64,000 bases of DNA from Verrucomicrobiota bacterium (GCA_013140495.1 JABFSR010000045.1:825-64824); one strand, 5' to 3'; counted from the first letter of the stretch, positions 23,587 to 33,290 are shown. The notes: generated by a model from the letters alone, not told the origin. Numbers and translations are program-made.

Positions 23587-24846
23587 TTATTTCGCGACAG
23601 GAACAGCCGGCAGATACACCGTGAACGTCGTGCCCTTTCCTTGCCGGGTTTCAACATGCAGCGCGCCGCCGCTCTCTTTCACGAGTCGCTGGACAATGTT
23701 AAGGCCGAGGCCTGTTCCCTGACGCGCATCCTTGGTGGTGAAGTAGGGCTGGAAAATCTTGGGCAACACCTCGGCGGGAATTCCCGGACCGTCGTCGCGC
23801 ACGCTGATCCGGACGAGCGGCGCTTCATTTTGAAAATTCTCCACGTTCAGCAGTCGTGAACCGGACGAATCCTTGAACTTCGTCAGATCGAGCGGTTCAT
23901 GCAGGCTTTCGCCTTCAATGTCCACGCGATGACTTTGCGGCGCGCACTGGAAAGCGTTCACCGTCAGGTTCAGCAACAACTGGATCACGTCGGTGCCGTT
24001 TACCTTTACGCCGATGTCCTGCGCGAGCGGCCTGTATTCAAATTCATTTTCCTGCAAGCTTGGATGCACACGGATCAAATGACCAAGGTCGGCAAGCAGT
24101 TGATTCACGCCCACCCTCGAGCCTTCGCCGGGTTGCCGGCGCAGGAAGCCCAGGTAACGGCGGGAAATCTCGATGCAATTGGTCACCTGCCGCGTCATGG
24201 TTCGCAGCTTGTCGTTCAGAAAAACAACCTCCTCACCTTCAAGCGTGGCACGATCATGGAGTCGCGCATTGAGAATCTGCAGGAAGCCGGAAATTACCGT
24301 GAGCGGGCCGTTGATGTCGTGAATGATGCTCGCATAAATATCACCCCGCGCCTGCGCCATCTTGCCGGCCACCTGCTGTTCCTGAAGCTCCTTCATCAAC
24401 TGTTCAAGCTTCTCAGTATTGTTATGAACTTCACTTTCCAACGTACGCCGTTGCATGGCGGCGGAGACGGCCGCGCGCAAAGTTGCCACGTCCCAGGGCT
24501 TGTTGATGTATTCGCTCGCCCGCAATCGCAGCGCCTGCCGGATGGTGTCCGTGGTCTCGAACGCGGTCATCATGATGACCTCGATGGTCGGGTCCACGAA
24601 CTTGATGCGTTCGAGCACCTCCACGCCGGACATGCCTGCCATGCGAATGTCCACCAACGCCACGTCCACCTTGTTATTCTTGGCAAGCTCGATGGCCGCC
24701 GCACCGTTGTCCGTGATCAGCAATTCAAAGTCATCCTTGAAAACCATCTTCAGCGAATCGCGCGGGCCGGGTTCGTCATCCACGACAAGCAGTGTGGCGC
24801 GTTGTCGTGTTGAAGCGGGCGGATTGTTGGAAGATTTTTGAGGCAT
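23587..24846 (-). CDS. hybrid receiver-histidine kinase (REC + HisKA + HATPase_c)
   Basis: REC TLLVVDDEPGPRDSL..VALVDIRMAGMSG..VIMMTA..INKP. H-box ASIIHDINGPLT. ISVRDDGPGIP, GTGLGLNIV, GKGTTFTVYLP. Internal ATG (MPQKSS..) chosen. Confidence 0.85.
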   Translation of the reverse strand: MPQKSSNNPPASTRQRATLLVVDDEPGPRDSLKMVFKDDFELLITDNGAAAIELAKNNKVDVALVDIRMAGMSGVEVLERIKFVDPTIEVIMMTAFETTDTIRQALRLRASEYINKPWDVATLRAAVSAAMQRRTLESEVHNNTEKLEQLMKELQEQQVAGKMAQARGDIYASIIHDINGPLTVISGFLQILNARLHDRATLEGEEVVFLNDKLRTMTRQVTNCIEISRRYLGFLRRQPGEGSRVGVNQLLADLGHLIRVHPSLQENEFEYRPLAQDIGVKVNGTDVIQLLLNLTVNAFQCAPQSHRVDIEGESLHEPLDLTKFKDSSGSRLLNVENFQNEAPLVRISVRDDGPGIPAEVLPKIFQPYFTTKDARQGTGLGLNIVQRLVKESGGALHVETRQGKGTTFTVYLPAVPVAK

Positions 24847-25098
24847 GGCTGCGACGCCGCATACTAACCAAACAATGAAATCGAACAAGCCCAAAGCCGG
24901 AGCGGCCCCGTTCCTGTTCCTTGTTCGCCCGACAAAGACCGTCAAGATTTGCCGCAACGGCAAAAATATCTTTTGAAATAATTTGAAATAAAGTTTGCAA
25001 GCGCACGCCGTTATCTCCTACAAACAAACGCAACCCGTTTGCGACGCCCAAAAGTTTCTCACATCGTAAACACAAAAATAGGATCGGGGGTGAGCAGC

Positions 25099-25140
25099 AT
25101 GGCAGCAAAAAAGAAAAAAGCAGCGAAGAAGAAGAAGTAG
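25099..25140 (+). other. 13-codon poly-lysine mini-ORF MAAKKKKAAKKKK*
   Basis: ATGGCAGCAAAAAAGAAAAAAGCAGCGAAGAAGAAGAAGTAG, preceded by GGGGGTGA 6 nt upstream. Lies about 85 nt before the exonuclease gene. Confidence 0.2.
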
Positions 25141-25224
25141 TACGGTTCCGACACCAGGATGGCAGAAACGGTCCTCACGAACGTCTTCCATCCTGGTTTT
25201 GTTTTGCACCAAATCAGCTCCATC

Positions 25225-25944
25225 ATGGCCCGACTTGTTTTTGATATTGAGACTTCCGCACAGCCGCTGGAAAACTTCGACGAGGTCCAGCAGGAGTACC
25301 TGCTCCGTGATGCGGAGAAGATTCCCGACGAAACCGCCCGCGCCGCCAGGCGCGAGGAAATCACCCGCATGTTCAGCCTCTGGCCCTTCACCGGCCAGGT
25401 GGTCTGCATTGCCATGCTGAACGTGGAATCCCTGCGCGGGCAGGTGCTTTTCGTTGCGGATGACTATGAGGATGACCCCTCGGAAGCCGGGCCGGTGGAG
25501 TTCGTTCCCTTTGCGGATGAGGTTGAACTGCTCACCGCATTCTGGGATGTGGCGAAGCATTACGACGAGATCGTGACGTTCAACGGTCGCGGCTTTGACG
25601 TGCCGTTTCTTTACCTGCGCTCCGCCGCGCTGAATGTGCCCATCAGCAGGAAGAACTGGCTCGGCTACCGCTTTGCCACCGAGCCGCACTGCGACCTTGC
25701 GGAGCAATTCACTTTTTACAACGTGAGCGGACGCGAAGGCGCGGCGCGGAAGTTCAATCTGGATTTTTACTGCAAGGCGTTCGGCATTGAATCACCCAAG
25801 GCTCATGGGGTGACCGGCATGGACGTGACGACGTTGATGGCGGCAGGAAAGTTCCGTGAGATCGCCGAATACTGTCTGCGCGACGTGCGCGCGACGGTTG
25901 AACTCTATCGCGTCTGGAAGGAACGGCTGGCGGGAATCAAGTGA
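25225..25944 (+). CDS. RNase H-fold 3'-5' exonuclease (PolB-exonuclease-like, DNA_pol_B_exo2 type)
   Basis: MARLVFDIETS.. (ExoI DxE), IVTFNGRGFDVPFLYLR (ExoII), YCLRDVRATVELY (ExoIII). Confidence 0.75.
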   Translation: MARLVFDIETSAQPLENFDEVQQEYLLRDAEKIPDETARAARREEITRMFSLWPFTGQVVCIAMLNVESLRGQVLFVADDYEDDPSEAGPVEFVPFADEVELLTAFWDVAKHYDEIVTFNGRGFDVPFLYLRSAALNVPISRKNWLGYRFATEPHCDLAEQFTFYNVSGREGAARKFNLDFYCKAFGIESPKAHGVTGMDVTTLMAAGKFREIAEYCLRDVRATVELYRVWKERLAGIK

Positions 25945-26615
25945 TGTCATCAGTCCAGAGTCCAAGGTCCAAAGTCCCAACGACGCTCGTTTGTTTTGCT
26001 CTATCCGACGAAGTACGAGCGTTCAGAGAACAGGTCGCGTCTCGCGAAGATGTTTCAATACTCATCACAGGTATAGGGAAAGGGAATTCCGGTCATTCAT
26101 TCAGGAAGGCTCTGGAGGCGTCGCTGCCGACCGCGGTTTTCACCTGTGGCTTTGCAGGAGGACTTAATCCGGCGCTGTCCATCGGCGACGTGGTGTTTGA
26201 AACGGACAACGAGGAGCTTCAAAAGCAACTCCTCGGCGCTGGCGCAAAGCCTGCCAGGTTCTTTTGTGCGACATTGATCGCAACCACGGTCGCCGAAAAA
26301 GAGGAACTGCGTCGCACCACCGGCGCAGATGCCGTGGAGATGGAGTCTGAAATCATTCACGAAATCTGTCGGGAGCGCGGGATTCCATGCGCCACGGTGC
26401 GGGTGATTTCTGATGCAGCTCACGAAAATCTGCCATTGAACTTCAACAAACTTTCCAAGTCCGACCAGAGCCTCAACTTCGGCAAGCTGGCGTGGGCCAT
26501 TGCAAAGTCGCCGGGAAAAATACCCGCACTGCTACGGCTTCAACGAAACACGAAATACGCGGCACAACAGCTCGCGTTGGTGTTGGGGAAAGTTATCGCG
26601 AAGATGCAGCAGTAG
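25941..26615 (+). CDS. PNP_UDP_1 family nucleoside phosphorylase/nucleosidase (HpnG-like)
   Basis: ILITGIGKGNS, FTCGFAGGLNP, GADAVEMESEIIHEICRERGIPCATVRVISDAAHE. The first ~13 codons lie in a short-period repeat. Confidence 0.7.
   Translation: MMSSVQSPRSKVPTTLVCFALSDEVRAFREQVASREDVSILITGIGKGNSGHSFRKALEASLPTAVFTCGFAGGLNPALSIGDVVFETDNEELQKQLLGAGAKPARFFCATLIATTVAEKEELRRTTGADAVEMESEIIHEICRERGIPCATVRVISDAAHENLPLNFNKLSKSDQSLNFGKLAWAIAKSPGKIPALLRLQRNTKYAAQQLALVLGKVIAKMQQ
25951..25980. repeat. 8-nt-period repeat (AGTCCnnn)x4 at a gene junction
   Basis: cagtccagagtccaaggtccaaagtcccaa. Encodes SVQSPRSKVPT at the 5' end of ORF 25941. Confidence 0.7.
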
Positions 26616-27039
26616 CGTCCGCAGGCGAGGAAGTCTTCGGCTTGGAGTGTTCCCCGTAACTGATCAACGCCGCCCCAAGAACAATCAGCGCTACCCCGCC
26701 CCAGCGCAGGCCATTGACCTGCTCATGCAAGAAGAACTTCGCCGCCAGCGTGGTCATCACAAAACTCAAGGCCGTGAGCGGCCAGACGAAACTCACGTCA
26801 TGTTTGCCCAGCAGGAATTGCAGCAGGATGAAGAAAATGGTTTCGAGCACGAGGCCGATGATGATGTCCCTGTTCGTGAACCATTCGCACACGAGTTTTA
26901 GCGCGTTTTTCCAGACCGGCATCGTCGCCTTGCGCTCGGTGTAGCGCGGACCGATCTGGTCTATGCCGCGTTTGAGAGTAATGACGCCCACGGCTTCAAA
27001 CGTGAAGGCGATGACGAGAATGATGAGCACTTTAATCAT
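26593..27039 (-). CDS. small EamA/ArnE-like (DMT superfamily) four-TM transporter
   Basis: Internal ATG (MIKVLIILVIAFTFEAVGVITLKRG..). Ends ..VNGLRWGGVALIVLGAALISYG. The start abuts the upstream ChbG stop (27041). Confidence 0.65.
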   Translation of the reverse strand: MIKVLIILVIAFTFEAVGVITLKRGIDQIGPRYTERKATMPVWKNALKLVCEWFTNRDIIIGLVLETIFFILLQFLLGKHDVSFVWPLTALSFVMTTLAAKFFLHEQVNGLRWGGVALIVLGAALISYGEHSKPKTSSPADATAASSR

Positions 27040-27040
27040 A

Positions 27041-27880
27041 TCAAAGGTCCTGGTAGCGGATGAGCTGGATGCCGAGTCGTTGGATCGTCTCGCGGATGCC
27101 CGGATCAACGAGCGCGTCGAACTCGTGCCTAAACTTGTCGAGCGAAGGATGTGAGTAAAGCTCCGAATCTCCCGGCAGCAGCACGGCCAGCAGCTTGCGA
27201 ACATAAGCCGCGTCAACACGGTCGTTTTGCAGAAGACCGAAGACACGCTGCGTGTGGCGGATTTGCTTTTGCTTTAGTTGCGATTGCGCCCGCCATCCCA
27301 GTACGAAATAAATTGCGGCGTGCGCGGCGCGATACAGCCTCCGCCCGCGCGCCAGCGGCACATCCATCCAGAACGGCTCGCGTGTGAGCCGCATGTGACG
27401 GATGCCGAACTGCTCCACAGCCTCCATCAGGATTTCAAACACGACGGGATGCAGGTGCACGTGAAGATGACCGTTCACATGATCGAGCGGCAGTCCGGTG
27501 GCTCGGAAACGGGCGAACTGTTCATGAATCTCCGCCCGCAATTGTTCACGCAGACTGCGCTTGAAAAAATAATTCACCCCGACGCTCACTGGATTGTTGC
27601 TGAACTCACTGCGCGCATTGACCAGACCGGGAATTTTTTCCGGCGACAGCGCCGAGCGACCACAGAGCAACACAAGGTGAAGACCTATGCCGAGTCGGGG
27701 GTTTTCCTTCGCGAGAGCGACGGCTTCCCCAGAATCCGGTTCGTTCACCATCAGGCTTGCAGTCGTGAGAATACCTTCGCGATGCGCACGAATGACCGCT
27801 TCATTGATGGAACGCGAGCGGCCGAAGTCATCGGCATTCACGATCAGGCGACGGTTTGGGGTCATGGCGGGAGAAGTCAC
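27041..27880 (-). CDS. ChbG/HpnK (YdjC) family carbohydrate deacetylase
   Basis: RLIVNADDFGRSRSINEAVIRAHREGILTTASLMVN..LGIGLHLVL..DHVNGHLHVHLHP. Confidence 0.85.
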   Translation of the reverse strand: MTSPAMTPNRRLIVNADDFGRSRSINEAVIRAHREGILTTASLMVNEPDSGEAVALAKENPRLGIGLHLVLLCGRSALSPEKIPGLVNARSEFSNNPVSVGVNYFFKRSLREQLRAEIHEQFARFRATGLPLDHVNGHLHVHLHPVVFEILMEAVEQFGIRHMRLTREPFWMDVPLARGRRLYRAAHAAIYFVLGWRAQSQLKQKQIRHTQRVFGLLQNDRVDAAYVRKLLAVLLPGDSELYSHPSLDKFRHEFDALVDPGIRETIQRLGIQLIRYQDL

Positions 27881-27883
27881 CGA

Positions 27884-28339
27884 CTATTGCTCGGATTCCG
27901 TGGTCACGGGCTGGCCGTTGTCGCCTTTGAGAGCGGACATGACAGCATGCCACGAAAGGATCGCGCATTTTACGCGAGCTGGATATTTATAGACGCCTGC
28001 GAAGACGGCGAGTTTGCCGACATCGCCGTTTACCTTGCCGTTAGTTATCATTTCTCGAACCTGATCGAACATCTTTTCGACGTCGGACTTTGTTTTTCCC
28101 TTGGCGAACTCCGTGAGCAACGACGCCGATGCTTTTGAGATGCAACAGCCCGACCCGACGAAGCTGATGTCCTTGATCAAGTCACCCTCGACTGCGATGA
28201 AAAGCTGGAGCTGATCGCCGCAAAGCGGGTTGTGTCCCTTGGCGGAGCAGGTGGCCTGTGGAAGCTCGTGAAAATTTCGTGGCTTCTTGCAATGGTCCAG
28301 AATCACCTGCTGATAGAGATCGTTAAGATCGTCGAACAT
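27884..28339 (-). CDS. sufU: SufU/IscU-type Fe-S cluster assembly scaffold
   Basis: LYQQVILDHCKKPRNFHEL, NPLCGDQLQL, GSGCCISKASASLLTE, PARVKCAILSWHAV. Confidence 0.85.
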   Translation of the reverse strand: MFDDLNDLYQQVILDHCKKPRNFHELPQATCSAKGHNPLCGDQLQLFIAVEGDLIKDISFVGSGCCISKASASLLTEFAKGKTKSDVEKMFDQVREMITNGKVNGDVGKLAVFAGVYKYPARVKCAILSWHAVMSALKGDNGQPVTTESEQ

Positions 28340-28434
28340 GACTCAAGCTTAGTTGAATCCCGATGATGCGTCACGCGGGAAGGTTATGGCGCTTCATCGT
28401 TGTGCAGTTGTATTTGAAGTGCACGGACTCTAGG

Positions 28435-29325
28435 ATGACGCGCATGAAAACTGCACGCGCTTTGGCGCTTTTGCTTGGTTCGTCCATCGTTATGCACGCA
28501 CAAACAAACATTTCATTTCCACTCTGGCCTGACGGCGCACCGGGCGCGCGGGGCTCGGAAGCGAAGGACATCCCGACGCTGACTGTTTTTCTCCCGCAAA
28601 AGGAAAAGGCGACCGGTGCGGCAATCGTCATTTGCCCCGGAGGCGGATACGGTGGCCTGGCTGATCACGAAGGCAGCTTCTATGCACGCTGGTTGAACGA
28701 GCAAGGAATTGCCGGGTTCGTTTTGAAATACAGGCTTGGCTCGCATGGATACCGCCACCCGGCGATGGTGCAGGACGTCTCCCGCGCCCTGCGCACCGTG
28801 CGCGCTCGCGCTGAGGAGTGGGGATTGGACACAAAGCGCGTCGGAGTCATGGGTTCTTCCGCAGGCGGTCATCTCGCTTCCACTGCCATTACGCATTTCG
28901 ACGCGGGCAAACCGGACGCGGCGGATGCCATTGAGCGCCAGAGTTCGCGACCTGATCTGGCGATTCTCTGTTATCCCGTCATCACGCTTTCGGACCCGTT
29001 TACCCACAAGGGATCGCGCGCCAATCTGCTTGGGACGAATCCGCCGCCGGAATTGATCGCGGAACTTTCCGCCGAACTTCAGGTCAACAAGGACACGCCG
29101 CCGTGTTTCATCTGGAGCACCGAGGAAGACAAGGCTGTCCCGGTTGAAAACAGCCTGCAACTCGCCGCTGCCTTGCGCAATGCTGGAGTGCGCTTTGATC
29201 TGCACATCTACGAACGCGGGCCGCACGGCATTGGACTTGGCAGCAAGGAATTTAACATGGAGAAATTTCATCCTTGGACGCGAGACTGCGCCTACTGGCT
29301 GAAGCTGCGGGGATTTGGAAAATAA
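28435..29325 (+). CDS. secreted alpha/beta hydrolase (esterase/lipase fold-3 type)
   Basis: Signal MTRMKTARALALLLGSSIVMHA. Oxyanion ICPGGGYGG, nucleophile elbow GSSAGGH, C-terminal ..HGIG. Confidence 0.8.
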   Translation: MTRMKTARALALLLGSSIVMHAQTNISFPLWPDGAPGARGSEAKDIPTLTVFLPQKEKATGAAIVICPGGGYGGLADHEGSFYARWLNEQGIAGFVLKYRLGSHGYRHPAMVQDVSRALRTVRARAEEWGLDTKRVGVMGSSAGGHLASTAITHFDAGKPDAADAIERQSSRPDLAILCYPVITLSDPFTHKGSRANLLGTNPPPELIAELSAELQVNKDTPPCFIWSTEEDKAVPVENSLQLAAALRNAGVRFDLHIYERGPHGIGLGSKEFNMEKFHPWTRDCAYWLKLRGFGK

Positions 29326-29337
29326 CCCGATTCCGAT

Positions 29338-30075
29338 ATGAAAACATTTCGGCGGCTGCTTTTGACAACGATCTTGTTTTTCTTTTGCGCTGATACTCTT
29401 CTTGCTTGCGAACCCATCTTGCCGCTTGCGCGAGCGTTTGGCGGCCCCGGTTACGTTGCCGGCTCCTTGGTCTGGCTGGGGATTGCCGTGCTGATCAAAG
29501 TTGTCGCTTTCATTTTTCTGGAGCGGAGTCTTTTATGGTATAGGGCCGCCATATTCATGGTACTCGGAAATGTGTTGAGCAGCATTATCGGCTTTTTCGT
29601 GGCCGCCAGCGCCGCAAACCCGCCAGTCCTGTTATTTTCTTTGCCACTGGTTTACGTGCTGTCCATTGTGCCCTCTCGACGTTTGGTCAAGTTCACTCAT
29701 TGGAAACTGCCTCCATCACAACTGGCCTTGGCCTGTCCAGCGGCCATCTTTGTCACATGGGTACTGTTTGGATTGGCTACTGGACAGCAAGACGCCGATC
29801 ATTTGGCCGCGTACTGGTTGCTTAAACTCACCTACGCAACCGTTGCTGTTTCTATCAGTATGTTGCTGACCTCGCTTTGGGAGGAATGGATTGTCGCTCT
29901 TCTAGCCCGTCGCACGCATGGAAACAGATCATTCATCACCACCGTTGGTCGTGCAAATTATGTGACGTTTTTTGTGATCTTCCTTGGTGCTGCCGTCAAA
30001 ACCCTTCCACAGCGATTTCATTCACATGGATTCCTTGTACGGCTCGACGAGTTGGTGAGATTTGTCGTCGGATAA
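29338..30075 (+). CDS. hypothetical polytopic membrane protein
   Basis: About six hydrophobic spans. No recognisable motif. Confidence 0.5.
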   Translation: MKTFRRLLLTTILFFFCADTLLACEPILPLARAFGGPGYVAGSLVWLGIAVLIKVVAFIFLERSLLWYRAAIFMVLGNVLSSIIGFFVAASAANPPVLLFSLPLVYVLSIVPSRRLVKFTHWKLPPSQLALACPAAIFVTWVLFGLATGQQDADHLAAYWLLKLTYATVAVSISMLLTSLWEEWIVALLARRTHGNRSFITTVGRANYVTFFVIFLGAAVKTLPQRFHSHGFLVRLDELVRFVVG

Positions 30076-30179
30076 TCATTAGGTCTGAAGTTTGCCGTTG
30101 AATTCCCCTCAGAATTTGTAATTGCCCGTTCCCGGGCTTTGCCCTACTTGTCAGTCGTGGTTTAGGAAAGAATTGAATT

Positions 30180-30788
30180 ATGACAACACCCATCTTCGCA
30201 CTTGTTGGACTGCTCGTGGTCCTTGGCATCGTCGTTTTGTTTGCGATGTTCGTCATCGGCAAATACAACGGCCTTGTCACGCTGCGCAACCGTTTCAAAA
30301 ACGCGTGGGCGCAGATTGACGTGCAACTCAAGCGCCGTTACGACCTGATCCCGAATCTCGTCGAGACCGCCAAGGGTTACCTCAAGCACGAGCGCGGCAC
30401 GCTTGAAGCCGTCATTGCCGCGCGCAACTCGGCGTCCAGCGCCAACAGCCGCGTCACAGCCAATCCCGGTGATGCCGAGGCAATGAAAGCTCTCGTGGCA
30501 GCGGAAGGCACGTTGAGCGGTTCGCTCGGCCGCATGTTCGCGCTTGCGGAAGCATATCCCGATCTCAAGGCAAACACCTCGATGAATCAACTCATGGAGG
30601 AACTCACCTCCACCGAGAACAAGGTTTCGTTCGCGCGCCAGTCCTACAACGACAGTGTGATGGCCTACAACACCGGGCGCGAAGTTTTCCCGACCAATAT
30701 CATCGCCGGCATGTTCAACTTTGCGCCCGCTGAATTGTTCGTGGTGGACAAAGCAGAGCAGCGTGAAGCGCCGAAGGTGCAGTTCTGA
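30180..30788 (+). CDS. lemA: LemA family protein
   Basis: N-terminal TM, then YNGLVTLRNRFKNAWAQIDVQLKRRYDLIPNLVETAKGYLKHERGTLEAV..AYPDLKAN. Confidence 0.9.
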   Translation: MTTPIFALVGLLVVLGIVVLFAMFVIGKYNGLVTLRNRFKNAWAQIDVQLKRRYDLIPNLVETAKGYLKHERGTLEAVIAARNSASSANSRVTANPGDAEAMKALVAAEGTLSGSLGRMFALAEAYPDLKANTSMNQLMEELTSTENKVSFARQSYNDSVMAYNTGREVFPTNIIAGMFNFAPAELFVVDKAEQREAPKVQF

Positions 30789-30794
30789 TTATTC

Positions 30795-30853
30795 GTAGCA
30801 GCCGGCGTAACAGTTCCGAGTTGAGGAATGAGCCTCCTTACGTCGGCTGCTAC
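30795..30853. repeat. hairpin repeat, same family as 4886..4928
   Basis: GTAGCAGCCGGCGTAA..(27 nt)..TTACGTCGGCTGCTAC (15/16 complementary). It shares gagcctcct.a.gtcggctgcta with the first copy. The loop contains acagttccgagtt, also found at 33201. Confidence 0.8.
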
Positions 30854-30861
30854 ATGAAACC

Positions 30862-32796
30862 ATGGATTTCTTCGAGCGACAGGACAAGGCCCGCAAGAAC
30901 ACGAGCGCACTCGTGTTCTACTTCGGCCTCGCGGTCGTTGCCATTGCCACCGTCGTTTATTTCGTCTGCCTTTTCTTTTTCAGCAGAATGTCCCACGGCG
31001 GTTCACTTTGGAATCCGGCCCTCTTCGGCTGGGCATTTGGCGGCACTTTGACCGTCATCACGTGCGGCAGTCTCATCAAGATGGCTGAGTTATCCAGTGG
31101 CGGCAGCGCTGTGGCTGAATCGCTTGGAGGACGACTCCTTCCGCCGAACACGATTGATCCGCACGAACGCAAGCTGCTGAACATTGTTGAGGAAATGGCC
31201 ATCGCCTCCGGCGTACCTGTGCCGCCGGTCTATGTGATGGACCATGAACAAGGCATCAACGCCTTTGCCGCTGGCCATACACCCAACGACGCCGTTGTGG
31301 GTGTCACGCGCGGCTGCATCACCACGCTCAACCGCGATGAACTCCAAGGCGTCATCGGTCACGAGTTCAGCCATATTCTCAACGGCGACATGCGTCTCAA
31401 TCTCCGCCTGATGGGATTCATTTTCGGCATCATGTGTCTCGCCATAGTCGGGCGCACGCTGCTCCGCGTTCGCGGCGGCAACAGCCGCGATCGCAATCCG
31501 CTTCCGTTGGTTGGTCTCGTTTTGTTGGTGCTCGGCTGGGTCGGGGTTTTCTTTGGCCATCTGATCCAGGCCGCTGTGAGCCGTCAGCGGGAATTTCTCG
31601 CCGATGCTTCCGCCGTTCAATTCACGCGCAATCCTGACGGTCTTGCCGGCGCACTGAAAAAAATCGCCGCCTGTGCCCAGGGTTCCGTGATCGAATCCCC
31701 GCAGGCCGAGGGAGCGAGCCACATGTTTTTTGAAAACGCCATGAGCAGTTCCATGTTCGGTGCGTTCGCCACGCACCCGCCCATCGAAGAACGCATCCGC
31801 GCGCTCGAACCAAACTGGGATGGAAAATTGCCGCGCGTTGAAGCAGTGACGGACACGGGCGAAGACGTCGTTGCGCAATTGCTCAATCGGCAACGCACGC
31901 CTGGTTCGCGAGTCCCAATTCCTGGAATGTCCGCCGCCGCCGGCCTCGCTGGATTTGCGCCGCAAACCACAGTTCGCATTCAATCCGTGCTGCCAAATCT
32001 CGGCAAGCCCACGCCTTTGCAATTGCGCTATGCCGAAGAGTTGCGGAATTCTTTTCCGGATTCCATCACGGACGCAGCGCACGATTCGCGCGGTGCAATG
32101 GCGTTGATCTACGCGTTGCTCCTCAGTCGCGACGACTCCAAACGCTCTGAGCAACTCAATGAACTTGCGCAGAAAATTCCGCAGACAGTCCACAATCAAC
32201 TCCTGACACTTGCGCCGGAAGTTGCAGCGACTGCCGAACGCACGCGGCTGCCACTCGTGAATCTAGCATTGCCTGCGCTACGCCAGCTCGGCTCGGGAGA
32301 GTTTCAGCACTTCAACAACACGCTCCGCTGGCTTATCGAGAGCGACGACCAGATTGATCTGTTTGAGTTCGTGCTTCAGAAAATCGTCCGCCGCCAGATC
32401 GGGCAGCAGATCAATCAAGGTCGGCCCGAGATGATTCAGTATTACACGCTCAAGCCGTTGCTGCCCGACTGCTGCGTGCTGCTTTCTGCGCTCGCCCAGA
32501 TCGGGAGCGCGGATGACGCGGAAGTCGCCAAAGCATTCCGTCAAGGCGCACCGCACCTGCGCACTGTGGATCAGGAACTGCGCCTGTTAAAGCGCGATGA
32601 ATGTGGTCTTGCGGAAATTGACAACGCGCTCAACCGCCTTGCCGGCGCAGTTCCGCAGATCAAAAAGAATCTTCTCGAAGCCGCAGTTCAAACCATCGGC
32701 GCGGATGGAGTAATCCAGGAGGGGGAGGCGGAGTTGCTTCGCGGTATAGCCGAAACACTGGATTGTCCGATGCCGCCATTCGTCACCAACGAATGA
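30862..32796 (+). CDS. M48 (HtpX-like) zinc metallopeptidase with C-terminal TerB-like domain
   Basis: HEFSHILNGD zinc motif between TM segments. REFLADASAVQFT. C-terminal ..GADGVIQEGEAELLRGIAETLDCP. The usual partner of LemA. Confidence 0.8.
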   Translation: MDFFERQDKARKNTSALVFYFGLAVVAIATVVYFVCLFFFSRMSHGGSLWNPALFGWAFGGTLTVITCGSLIKMAELSSGGSAVAESLGGRLLPPNTIDPHERKLLNIVEEMAIASGVPVPPVYVMDHEQGINAFAAGHTPNDAVVGVTRGCITTLNRDELQGVIGHEFSHILNGDMRLNLRLMGFIFGIMCLAIVGRTLLRVRGGNSRDRNPLPLVGLVLLVLGWVGVFFGHLIQAAVSRQREFLADASAVQFTRNPDGLAGALKKIAACAQGSVIESPQAEGASHMFFENAMSSSMFGAFATHPPIEERIRALEPNWDGKLPRVEAVTDTGEDVVAQLLNRQRTPGSRVPIPGMSAAAGLAGFAPQTTVRIQSVLPNLGKPTPLQLRYAEELRNSFPDSITDAAHDSRGAMALIYALLLSRDDSKRSEQLNELAQKIPQTVHNQLLTLAPEVAATAERTRLPLVNLALPALRQLGSGEFQHFNNTLRWLIESDDQIDLFEFVLQKIVRRQIGQQINQGRPEMIQYYTLKPLLPDCCVLLSALAQIGSADDAEVAKAFRQGAPHLRTVDQELRLLKRDECGLAEIDNALNRLAGAVPQIKKNLLEAAVQTIGADGVIQEGEAELLRGIAETLDCPMPPFVTNE

Positions 32797-32903
32797 AGAC
32801 CGTGGTTTAACGAACGGCGGTGGCTTTGCAGAAACTTGCGGATTCAGCCAGAATTGAATGGCTTTTGCAGTCAGAATTCGCTAGTTAAGCTGCGCCAACT
32901 CAA

Positions 32904-33200
32904 GTGATGAGCGCAAAGAAACTCCCCGACGGATCGTGGGTGAAAGAACTCACGGTCGTGAACAAGCTGGGCATCCACGCCCGGCCTGCGTCGTTGTTTG
33001 TGAAAACCGCCAGCCGCTTCACCTGCGAAATCCATGTCGAGAAGGACGGCGAAAAGGTGAACGGCAAAAGCATCATGGGCCTGATGATGCTTGCAGCAGG
33101 CCCCGGCAGCAAACTCACCATTCTCGCAAACGGCGCGGATGCACCGGCGGCAATTATCGAGATCGAGGCGCTGCTCAAGCGGAAGTTTGACGAGGATTGA
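32904..33200 (+). CDS. ptsH: phosphocarrier protein HPr
   Basis: GIHARPASLFV (His15 site), VNGKSIMGLMML (Ser46 site). Confidence 0.85.
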   Translation: MMSAKKLPDGSWVKELTVVNKLGIHARPASLFVKTASRFTCEIHVEKDGEKVNGKSIMGLMMLAAGPGSKLTILANGADAPAAIIEIEALLKRKFDED

Positions 33201-33276
33201 ACAGTTCCGAGTTTCGTCAAGTAAGCCGTGCGTTACCCAGTTTTGAACTTCAAACTTGGAACTTTGACCTCAACTC
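33201..33276. repeat. imperfect short-period hairpin between ptsH and gatC
   Basis: acAGTTCCgAGTTTcgtcaag..(loop)..gaacttcAAACTtGGAACTttgacctcaac. One arm mismatch is G-to-A, i.e. G:U-compatible in RNA. Confidence 0.65.
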
Positions 33277-33290
33277 CCTAATTTCCCTTC

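Noticed and set aside
23412-23657. ATG start at 23657 for the GH130-like gene
   Set aside because: It would overlap the upstream hybrid kinase by 71 nt and adds an Arg/Cys-rich segment. The in-frame TTG at 23411 is preferred, but this is uncertain.
25803-25817. ATGGGGTGACCGGCA resembling a half-site of the upstream box
   Set aside because: It is inside the exonuclease coding region (..AHGVTGMD..) and only one half is present. A GGTAGGGTT left half at 57437-57445, in the nagB/moxR divergent region, also lacks the CACCCCAT half. Neither is counted as a site.
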